Assembly: GCF_009914755.1 (NCBI RefSeq)
Contig: NC_060939.1
From: the human T2T-CHM13v2.0 reference genome, Homo sapiens
DNA length: 64,000 nucleotides
Direction: 5' to 3' (one strand)
The translations under genes were made by a program, and so were the position numbers. The notes under the pieces were generated by a model. The model was not told where the DNA came from. It did no database searches and was given only the letters and a program-made list of their open reading frames with translations. The first letter of the stretch is position 1, and every line of letters begins with the position of its first letter. Shown here one piece after another: positions 28,301 through 40,500 of the stretch.

Positions 28301-29992
28301 CTACAGGGGAATTGTGAGAGATCTCGGCAATGATTACCCAAGGGATGTAACCGATGTCTAGGCTTTGCATACAGGGGGCTTTGTGACATACCTTTGCACT
28401 GATCACCCAGGTGATGTAACACATCTAAGTTCGGCCTAAAGGAGCTTTGTGACATATCTCTGCACTGATCACTTAGGTGATGTAACACTTTTATAATCAC
28501 TGCCTACAGGGAATTTTGACAAATCTCTGCACTGATCACCTAGGTGATGTAACACTTGTCTACCCTCTGTCCAACGGGGCATTGTGAAATATCTCTGCAC
28601 TGATCACCCAGGTGATTCAACTCTTGACTAGGAACTGCCTACAGAGGTTATTGTGAAATATCTCTGCACTGATAAACTAGGTGGTGTAAACCTTGTCCAA
28701 ACTCTGCCTACAGGGGCGTTTCCACATATCCCTGAAGTGATGACAAAGGTGATGTAACTCTTGCCTAGGCTTTGCCTACAGGGAACATTGGACATATATC
28801 TGCACTGATCACCCAGGTGATGCAACTCTTGCCTTGGCTTTGCCTACAGGGGACATCGTGACATATCTCTTCAATGATCTCTCATGTGATGCATCTCTTG
28901 CCTAGGCTTTGCCTACAGGGGACATTGTGACATATCTCTGCACTGATCTCCCAGGTGCTGTAACTTTAGTCTAGGCTCTGGCTACACGGCATTGTGACAT
29001 ATCACTGCACTGATCAACCAGGTGATATAACTCTTGTATAGGCTCTGCCTACAGGGGGATTGTGACCTACCTCTGCATTGATCACCCAGGTGATATAACT
29101 CTTCTCTAGGATCTGCTTACAGGGTACTTTGTGACATATCCCTGCACTGATCACCCAGGTGATCTAACTCTGGTCTAAGCTCTGCCTAAACGGGCATTGT
29201 GACAGATCTCTGCACTGATAACTCTGGTGATGTAAGTATTTTCTAGGCTCTGCTTCAAGGGGCCTTGTCACATATCTCTGCACTGATCACCCAGGTGATG
29301 TAACTCTTGTCTAGGCTCTGCTTCCAGGGCATATTGTGACATATCTATGCACTGATCACCTTAGTGATGTAACACTTTGGTAGGCTCGGCCTACAGGGGA
29401 ATCTTGACATATCTCTGCACTGTTAACCGAGGTGATTTAACTCTTGTCTAGGCTGTGCCCACAGGGGGATTGAGACATATCTCTGCACTGATCCCCAGGT
29501 GATACAACTCTTGCCTGGTCTCTGCCTACTGTGGACATTGTGACATATCTCTGCACTGATCTCCCAGGTGCTGTAACTTTAGTCTAGGCTCTGGCTATAC
29601 GGCATTGTGACATATCACTGCACTGATCACCCAGGAGATATAACTCTTCTCTAGGATCTGACCACAGGGTGCTTTGTGACATATCCCTGCAATGATCACC
29701 CAGGTGATATATCACTTGCCAAGGCTCTGCCTACAGGGGCATTGCAATGTATCTCTGCACTGATCACCTAGGTCTTGTAGCTATTTTCTAGGATCTGTCT
29801 GCAGGGTGCTTTGTGACGTGTCCCAGCAAGGATTACCCAGGTGATGTACCTCTCATCAAGGCTCTGCCTACAGGCACATTGTGATGTATCTCTGCACTGA
29901 TCACCTAGGTCATTTAACTTTTTTCTAGGCTCTACCTACGATGGCATTGTGACATATCTCTGCACTAATCATCCAAGTGATGTAACTCTTGT
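22370..29992. repeat. Four canonical 28-mer HORs arranged as two sister pairs
   Basis: Spacings are 1905, 1906, 1906, 1906. Units 22370 and 24275 share variants; units 26181 and 28087 are nearly identical. Confidence 0.88.
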
Positions 29993-32900
29993 CTAGGATG
30001 TGCCTAAATTAACTTTTTGACATAACCCTGTACTGATCATCCAGGTGATGGAGCTTTTGTCTAGGCTCTGCCTAAGGGGGCATTGTGACATATTTCTGCA
30101 TTGATCACCCAGGTGGCGAACTCTTCTCTCGGATCTGCCTATGGGGGCATTGTGAGAAATCTCTGCACTGATAACCCAGGTGATGTAACTGTTGTGTATC
30201 CTCTGCCTACAGGGGAATTGTGAGAGATCTCGTAACTGATTACCCAAGTGATGTAACCGTTGTCTAGGCTTTGCATACAGGGGGCTTTGTGACATACCTT
30301 TGCACTGATCACCCAGGTGATGTAACACATCTAAGTTCGGCCTAAAGGAGCTTTGTGACATATCTCTGCACTGATCACTTAGGTGATGTAACACTTTTAT
30401 AATCACTGCCTACAGGGAATTTTGAGAAATCTCTGCACTGATCACCTAGGTGATGTAACTCTTGTCTACCCTCTGTGCAACGGGGCCTTGTGAAATATCT
30501 CTGCACTGATCACCCAGGTGATTCAACTCTTGACTAGGAACTGCCTACAGAGGTTATTGTGAAATATCTCTGCACTGATAAACTAGGTGGTGTAAACCTT
30601 GTCCAAGCTCTGCCTACAGGGGCGTTTCCACATATCCCTGAACTGATGACAAAGGTGATGTAACTCTTGCCTAGGCTTTGCCTACAGGGAATATTGGACA
30701 TATAAATGCACTGATCACCCAGGTGATGCAACTCTTGCCTAGGCTTTGCCTACAGGGGACATCGTGACATATCTCTTCAATGATCACTCATGTGATGCAT
30801 CTCTTGCCTAGGCTTTGCCTACAGGGAACATTGGACATATATCTGCACTGATCACCCAGGTGATGCAACTGTTGCCTAGGCTTTGCCTACAAGGGACATT
30901 GTGACATATCTCTGCACTGATCTCCCAGTTGCTGTAACTTTAGTCTAGGCTCTGGCTACACGGCATTGTGACATATCACTGCACTGATCAACCAGGTGAT
31001 ATAACTCTTGTATAGGCTCTGCCTACAGGGGGATTGTGACCTACCTCTGCACTGATCACCCAGGTGATATAACTCTTCTCTAGGATCTGCCTACAGGGTA
31101 CTTTGTGACATATCCCTGCACTGATCACCCAGGTGATCTATCTCTGGTCTAAGCTCTGCCTAAAGGGGCATTGTGACAGATCTCTGCACTGATCACTCAG
31201 GTGATGTAAGTATTGTCTAGGCTCTGCTTCAAGGGGCCTTGTCACATATCTCTGCACTGATCACCCAGGTGATGTAACTCTTGTCTAGGCTCTGCTTCCA
31301 GGGCATATTGTGACATATCTATGCACTGATCACCTTAGTGATGTAACACTTTGGTAGGCTCGGCCTACAGGGGAATCTTGACATATCTCTGCACTGTTAA
31401 CCGAGGTGATTTAACTCTTGTCTAGGCTGTGCCCACAGGGGGATTGAGACATATCTCTGCACTGATCCCGAGGTGATACAACTCTTGCCTGGTCTCTGCC
31501 TACTGTGGACATTGGGACATATCTCTGCACTGATCTCCCAGGTGCTGTAACTTTAGTCTAGGCTCTGGCTACACGGCATTGTGACATATCACTGCACTGA
31601 TCACCCAGGCGATATAACTCTGCTCTAGGATCTGACCACAGGGTGCTTTGTGACATATCCCTGCAATGATCACCCAGGTTATACACCACTTGCCAAGGCT
31701 CTGCCTACAGGGGCATTGCAATGTATCTCTGCACTGATCACCTAGGTCTTGTAGCTATTTTCTAGGATCTGCCTACAGGGTGCTTTGTGACGTGTCCCAA
31801 CAACGATTACCCAGGTGATGTACCTCTCATCAAGGCTCTGCCTACAGGCACATTGTGATGTATCTCTGCACTGATCACCTAGGTCATGTAACTTTTTTCT
31901 AGGCTCTACCTACGATGGCATTGTGACATATCTCTGCACTAATCATCCAAGTGATGTAACTCTTGTCTAGGATGTGTCTAAATTAACTTTTTGACATAAC
32001 CCTGTACTGATCATCCAGGTGATGGAGCTTTTGTCTAGGCTCTGCCTAAGGGGGCATTGTGACATATTTCTGCATTGATCACCCAGGTGGCGAACTCTTC
32101 TCTCGGATCTGCCTATGGGGGCATTGTGAGAAATCTCTGCACTGATCACCCAGGTGATGTAACTGTTGTGTAACCTCTGCCTACAGGGGAATTGTGAGAG
32201 ATCTCGTCAATGATTACCCAAGTGATGTATCCGTTGTCTAGGCTTTGCCTACAGGGGGCTTTGTGACATACCTTTGCACTGATCACCCAGGTGATGTAAC
32301 ACATCTAAGTTCGGCCTAAAGGAGCTTTGTGACATATCTCTGCACTGATCACTTAGGTGATGTAACACTTTTATAATCACTGCCTACAGGGAATTTTGAC
32401 AAATCTCTGCACTGATCACCTAGGTGATGTAACTCTTGTCTACCCTCTGTCCAACGGGGCATTGTGAAATATCTCTGCACTGATCACACAGGTGATTCAA
32501 CTCTTGACTAGGAACTGCCTACAGAGGTTATTGTGAAATATCTCTGCACTGATAAACTAGGTGGTGTAACCCTTGTCCAAGCTCTGCCTACAGGGGCGTT
32601 TCCACATATCCATGAACTGATGACAAAGGTGATGTAACTCTTGCCTAGGCTTTGCCTACAGGGAATATTGGACATATATCTGCACTGATCACCTAGGTGA
32701 TGCAACTGTTGCCTAGGCTTTGCCTACGGGGGACATTGTGACATATCTCTGCCCTGATCTCCCAGTTGCTGTAACTTTAGTCTAGGCTCTGGCTACACGG
32801 CATTGTGACATATCACTGCACTGATCAACCAGGTGATATAACTCTTGTATAGGCTCTGCCTACAGGGGGATTGTGACCTACCTCTGCACTGATCACGCAG

Positions 32901-35900
32901 GTGATATAACTCTTCTCTAGGATCCTCCTACAGGGTACTTTGGACATATCCCTGCACTGATCACCCAGGTGATCTCTCTCTGGTCTAAGCTCTGCCTAAA
33001 GGGGCATTGTGACAGATCTCTGCACTGATCACTCAGGTGATGTAAGTATTTTCTAGGCTCTGCTTCAAGGGGCCTTGTCACATATCTCTGCACTGATCAC
33101 CCAGGTGATGTAACTCTTGTCTAGGCTCTGCTTCCAGGGCATATTGTGACATATCTATGCACTGATCACCTTAGTGATGTAACACTTTGGTAGGCTCGGC
33201 CTACAGGGGAATCTTGACATATCTCTGCACTGTTAACCGAGGTGATTTAACTCTTGTCTAGGCTGTGCCCACAGGGGGATTGAGACATATCTCTGCACTG
33301 ATCCCGAGGTGATACAACTCTTGCCTGGTCTCTGCCTACTGTGGACATTGTGACATATCTCTGCACTGATCTCCCAGGTGCTGTAATTTTAGTCTAGGCT
33401 CTGGCTACACGGCATTGTGACAAATCACTGCACTGATCACCCAGGCGATATAACTCTTCTCTAGGATCTGACCACAGGGTGCTTTGTGACATATCCCTGC
33501 AATGATCACCCAGGTGATATACAACTTGCCAAGGCTCTGCCTACAGGGGCATTGCAATGTATCTCTGCACTGATCACCTAGGTCTTGTAGCTATTTTCTA
33601 GGATCTGCCTACAGGGTGCTTTGTGAGGTGTCCCAGCAAGGATTACCCAGGTGATGTATCTCTCATCAAGGCTCTGCCTACAGGCACATTGTGATGTATC
33701 TCTGCACTGATCACCTAGGTCATGTAACTTTTTTCTAGGCTCTACCTACGATGGCATTGTGACATATCTCTGCACTAATCATCCAAGTGATGTAACACTT
33801 GTCTAGGATGTGCCTAAATTAACTTTTTGACATAACCCTGTACTGATCATCCAGGTGATGGAGCTTTTGTCTAGGCTCTGCCTAAGGGGGCATTGTGACA
33901 TATATCTGCATTGATCACCCAGGTGGCGAACTCTTCCCTCGGATCTGCCTATGGGGGCATTGTGAGAAATCTCTGCACTGATAACCCAGGTGATGTAACT
34001 GTTGTGTAACCTCTGCCTACAGGAGAATTGTGAGAGATCTCGTCACTGATTACCCAAGTGATGTAACCGTTGTCTAGGCTTTGCATACAGGGGGCTTTGT
34101 GACATACCTTTGCACTGATCACCCAGGTGATGTAACACATCTAAGTTCGGCCTAAAGGAGCTTTCTGACATATCTCTGCACTGATCACTTAGGTGATGTA
34201 ACACTTTTATAATTACTGCCTACAGGGAATTTTGACAAATCTCTGCACTGATCACCTAGGTGATGTAACTCTTGTCTACCCTCTGTCCAACGGGGCATTG
34301 TGAAATATCTCTGCACTGATCACCCAGGTGATTCAACTCTTGAATAGGAACTGCCTACAGAGGTTATTGTGAAATATCTCTGCACTGATAAACTAGGTGG
34401 TGTAACCCTTGTCCAAGCTCTGCCTACAGGGGCGTTTCCACATATACCTGAACTGATGACAAAGGTGAAGTAACTCTTGCCTAGGCTTTGCCTACAGGGA
34501 ACAGTGGACATATATCTGCACTGATCACCCAGGTGATGCAACTCCTGCCTAGGCTTTGCCTACAGGGGACATTGTGACATATCTCTTCAATGATCACTCA
34601 TGTGATGCATCTCTTGCCTAGGCTTTGCCTACAGGGGACATTGTGACATATCTCTGCACTGATCTCCCAGGTGCTGTAACTTTAGTCTAGTCTCTGGCTA
34701 CACGGCATTGTGACATATCACTGCACTGATCAACCAGGTGATATAACTCTTGTATAGGCTATGCCTACAGGGGGATTGTGACCTACCTCTGCACTGATCA
34801 CCCAGGTGATATAACTCTTCTCTAGGATCTGCCTACAGGGTACTTTGTGACATATCCCTGCACTGATCACCCAGGTGATCTATCTCTGGTCTAAGCTCTG
34901 CCTAAAGGGGCATTGTGACAGATCTCTGCACTGATCACTCAGGTGATGTAAGTATTGTCTAGGCTCTGCTTCAAGGGGCCTTGTCACATATCTCTGCACT
35001 GATCACCCAGGTGATGTAACTCTTGTCTAGGCTCTGCTTCCAGGGCATATTGTGACATATCTATGCACTGATCACCTTAGTGATGTAACACTTTGGTAGG
35101 CTCGGCCTACAGGGGAATCTTGACATATCTCTGCACTGTTAACCGAGGTGATTTAACTCTTGTCTAGGCTGTGCCCACAGGGGGATTGAGACATATCTCT
35201 GCACTGATCCCGAGGTGATACAACTCTTGCCTGGTCTCTGCCTACTGTGGACATTGTGACATATCTCTGCACTGATCTCCCATGTGCTGTAACTTTAGTC
35301 TAGACTCTGGCTACACGGCATTGTGACATATCACTGCACTGATCACCCAGGCGATATAACTCTGCTCTAGGATCTGACCACAGGGTGCTTTGTGACATAT
35401 CCCTGCAATGATCACCCAGGTTATATACCACTTGCCAAGGCTCTGCCTACAGGGGCATTGCAATGTATCTCTGCACTGATCACCTAGGTCTTGTAGCTAT
35501 TTTCTAGGATCTGCCTACAGGGTGCTTTGTGACGTGTCCCAGCAACGATTACCCAGGTGATGTACCTCTCATCAAGGCTCTGCCTACAGGCACATTGTGA
35601 TGTATCTCTGCACTGATCACCTAGGTCATGTAACTTTTTTCTAGGCTCTACCTACGATGGCATTGTGACATATCTCTGCACTAATCATCCAAGTGATGTA
35701 ACTCTTGTCTAGGATGTGTCTAAATTAACTTTTTGACATAACCCTGTACTGATCATCCAGGTGATGGAGCTTTTGTCTAGGCTCTGCCTAAGGGGGCATT
35801 GTGACATATCTGCATTGATCACCAAGGTGGCGAACTCTTCTCTCGGATCTGCCTATGGGGGCATTGTGAGAAATCTCTGCACTGATCACCCAGGTGATGT

Positions 35901-37543
35901 AACTGTTGTGTAACCTCTGCCTACAGGGGAATTGTGAGAGATCTCGTCAATGATTACCCAAGTGATGTATCCGTTGTCTAGGCTTTGCATACAGGGGGCT
36001 TTGTGACATACCTTTGCACTGATCACCCAGGTGATGTAACACATCTAAGTTCGGCCTAAAGGAGCTTTGTGACATATCTCTGCACTGATCACTTAGGTGA
36101 TGTAACACTTTTATAATCACTGCCTACAGGGAATTTTGACAAATCTCTGCACTGATCACCTAGGTGATGTAACTCTTGTCTACCCTCTGTCCAACGGGGC
36201 ATTGTGAAATATCTCTGCACTGATCACCCAGGTGATTCAACTCTTGACTAGGAACTGCCTACAGAGGTTATTGTGAAATATCACTGCACTGATAAACTAG
36301 GTGGTGTAACCCTTGTCCAAGCTCTGCCTACAGGGGCGTTTCCACATATCCATGAACTGATGACAAAGGTGATGTAACTCTTGCCTAGGCTTTGCCTACA
36401 GGGAACATTGGACATATATCTGCACTGATCACCCAGGTGATGCAACTATTGCCTAGGCTTTGCCTACAGGGGACATTGTGACATATCTCTGCACTGATCT
36501 CCCAGGTGCTGTAACTTTAGTCTAGGCTCTGGCTACACGGCATTGTGACATATCACTGCACTGATCAACCAGGTGATATAACTCTTGTATAGGCTCTGCC
36601 TACAGGGGGATTGTGACCTACCACTGCACTGATCACCCAGGTGATATAACTCTTCTGTAGGATCTGCCTACAGTGTACTTTGTGACATATCCCTGCACTG
36701 ATCACCCAGGTGATCTAACTCTGGTCTAAGCTCTGCCTAAAGGGGCATTGTGACAGATCTCTGCACTGATCACTCTGGTGATGAAAGTTTTGTCTAGGCT
36801 CTGCTTCAAGGGGCCTTGTCACATATCTCTGCACTGATCACCCAGGTGATGTAACTCTTGTCTAGGCTCTGCTTCCAGGGCATATTGTGACATATCTATG
36901 CACTGATCACCTTAGTGATGTAACACTTTGGTAGGCTCGGCCTACAGGGGAATCTTGACATATCTCTGCACTGTTAATCGAGGTGATTTAACTCTTGTCT
37001 AGGCTGTGCCCACAGGGGGATTGAGACATATCTCTGCACTGATCCCGAGGTGATACAATTCTTGCCTGGTCTCTGCCTACTGTGGACATTGGGACATATC
37101 GCTGCACTGATCTCCCTGGTGCTGTAACTTTAGTCTAGGCTCTGGCTACACGGCATTGTGACATATCACTGCACTGATCACCCAGGCGATATAACTCTTC
37201 TCTAGGATCTGACCACAGGGTGCTTTGTGACATATCCCTGCAATGATCACCCAGGTGATATACCACTTGCCAAGGCTCTGCCTACAGGGGCATTGCAATG
37301 TATCTCTGCACTGATCACCTAGGTCTTGTAGCTATTTTCTAGGATCTGCCTACAGGGTGCTTTGTGACGTGTCCCAGCAAGGATTACCCAGGTGATGTAC
37401 CTCTCATCAAGGCTCTGCCTACAGGCACATTATGATGTATCTCTGCACTGATCACCTAGGTCATGTAAATTTTGTCTAGGCTCTACCTACGATGGCATTG
37501 TGACATATCTCTGCACTAATCATCCAAGTGATGTAACTCTTGT
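29993..37543. repeat. HORs of 29, 27, 28 and 27 monomers (m11-m13 copy-number variants)
   Basis: Spacings are 1974, 1836, 1906, 1835. There is an extra m11 at ~30810-30875, and m12 (CTCTTCAATGATCACTCATG) is absent at ~32715 and ~36455. Confidence 0.88.
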
Positions 37544-40500
37544 CTAGGATGTGCCTAAATTAACTTTTTGACATAACCCTGTACTGATCATCCAGGTGAT
37601 GGAGCTTTTGTCTAGGCTCTGCCTAAGGGGGCATTGTGACATATTTCTGCATTGATCACCCAGGTGGCGAACTCTTCTCTCGGATCTGCCTATGGGGGCA
37701 TTGTGAGAAATCTCTGCACTGATCACCCAGGTGATGTAACTGTTGTGTAACCTCTGCCTACTGGGGAATTGTGAGAGATCTCGTCACTGATTACCCAAGT
37801 GATGTAACCATTGTCTAGGCTTTGCGTACAGGGGTCTTTGTGACATACCTTTGCACTGATCACCCAGGTGATGTAACACACCTAAGTTCGGCCTAAAGGA
37901 GCTTTGTGACATATCTCTGCACTGATCACTTAGGTGATGTAACACTTTTATAATCACTGCCTACAGGGAATTTTGACAAATCTCTGCACTGATCACCTAG
38001 GTGATGTCACTCTTGTCTACCCTCTGTCCAACGGGGCATTGTGAAATGTCTCTGCACTGATCACCCAGGTGATTCAACTCTTGACTAGGAACTGCCTACA
38101 GAGGTTATTGTGAAATATCTCTGCAATGATAAACTAGGTGGTGTAACCATTGTCCAAGCTCTGCCTACAGGGGCGTTTCCACATATCCCTGAACTGATGA
38201 CAAAGGTGATGTAACTCTTGCCTAGGCTTTGCCTACAGGGAACATTGGACATATATCTGCACTGATCACCCAGGTGATGCAACTCCTGCCTAGGCTTTGC
38301 CTACAGGGGACATTGTGACATATCTCTTCAATGATCACTCATGTGATGCATCTCTTGCCTAGGCTTTGCCTACAGGGACATTGTGACATATCTCTGCACT
38401 GATCTCCCAGGTGCTGTAACTTTAGTCTAGGCTCTGGCTACACGGCATTGTGACATATCACTGCACTGATCAACCAGGTGATATAACTCTTGTATAGGCT
38501 CTGCCTACAGGGGGATTGTGACCTACCTCTGCACTGATCACCCAGGTGACATAACTCTTCTCTAGGATCTGCCTACAGGGTACTTTGTGACATATCCCTG
38601 CACTGATCACCCAGGTGATCTAACTCTGGTCTAAGCTCTGCCTAAAGGGGCATTGTGACAGATCTCTGCACTGATCACTCTGGTGATGTAAGTATTGTCT
38701 ATGCTCTGCTTCAAGGGGCCTTGTCACATATCTCTGCACTGATCACCCAGGTGATGTAACTCTTCTCTAGGCTCTGCTTCCAGGGCATATTGTGACATAT
38801 CTATGCACTGATAACCTTAGTGATGTAACACTTTGGTAGGCTCGGCCTACAGGGGAATCTTGACATATCTCTGCACTGTTAACCGAGGTGATTTAACTCT
38901 TGTCTAGGCTCTGCCCATAGGGGGATTGAGACATATCTCTGCACTGATCCCGAGGTGATACAACTCTTGCCTGGTCTCTGCCTACTGTGGACATTGTGAC
39001 ATATCTCTGCACTGATGTCCCTTGTGCTGTAACTTTAGTCTAGGCTCTGGCTACATGGCATTGTGACATATCACTGCACTGATCAACCAGGTGATATAAC
39101 TCTTGTATAGACTCTGCCTACAGGGGGATTGTGACCTACCTCTGCACTGATCACCCAGGTGATATAACTCTTCTCTAGGATCTGCCTACAGGGTACTTTG
39201 TGACACATCCCTGCACTGATCACCCAGGTGATCTAACTCTGGTCTAAGCTCTGCCTAAAGGGGCATTGTGACAGATCTCTGCACTGATCAGTCTGGTGAT
39301 GTAAGTATTGTCTAGGCTCTGCTTCAAGGGGCCTTGTCACATATCTCTGCACTGATCACCCAGGTGATGTAACTCTTGTCTAGGCTCTGCTTCCAGGGCA
39401 TATTGTGATATATCTATGCACTGATCACCTTAGTGATGTAACACTTTGGTAAGCTCGGCCTACAGGGGAATCTTGACATATCTCTGCACTGTTAACCGAG
39501 GTGATTTAACTCTTGACTAGGCTGTGCCCACAGGGGGATTGAGACATATCTCTGCACTGATCCCGAGGTGATACAACTCTTGCCTGGTCTCTGCCTATTG
39601 TGGACATTGTGACATATCTCTGAACTGATCTCCCAGGTGTTGTAACTTTAGTCTGGGCTCCGGCTACACGGCATTGTGACATATCACTGCACTGATCACC
39701 CAGGCGATATAACTCTTCTCTAGGATCTGACCACAGGGTGCTTTGTGACATATCCCTGCAATGATCACCCAGGTGATATACCACTTGCCAAGGCTCTGCC
39801 TACAGGGGCATTGCAATGTATCTCTGCACTGATCACCTAGGTCTTGTAGCTCTTTTCTAGGATCTGCCTACAGGGTGCTTTGTGACGTGTCCCAGCAAGG
39901 ATTACCCAGGTGATGTACCTCTCATCAAGGCTCTGCCTACAGGCACATTGTGATGTATCTCTGCACTGATCACCTCGGTCATGTAACTTTTTTCTAGGCT
40001 CTACCTATGATGGCATTGTGACATATCTCTGCACTAATCATCCAAGTGATGTAACTCTTGTCTAGGATGTGCCTAAATTAACTTTTTGACATAACCCTGT
40101 ACTGATCATCCAGGTGATGGAGCTTTTGTCTAGGCTCTGCCTAAAGGGGCATTGTGACATATTTCTGCATTGATCACCCAGGTGGCGAAGTCTTCTCTCG
40201 GATCTGTCTATGGGGGCATTGTGAGAAATCTCTGCACTGATCACCCAGGTGATGTAACTGTTGTGTAACCTCTGCCTACAGGGGAATTGTGAGAGATCTC
40301 GTCACTGATTACCCAAGTGATGTAACCATTGTCTAGGCTTTGCGTACAGGGGGCTTTGTGACATACCTTTGCACTGATCACCCAGGTGATGTAACACATC
40401 TAAGTTCGGCCTAAAGGAGCTTTGTGACATATCTCTGCACTGATCACTTAGGTGATGTAACACTTTCATAATCACTGCCTACAGGGAATTTTGACAAATC

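Noticed and set aside
16789-30406. 137-aa ORFs in five HOR units as a possible expressed gene family
   Set aside because: They result from point changes removing one stop codon in m4 by different substitutions and appear to begin at a non-ATG codon; there is no evidence of selection.
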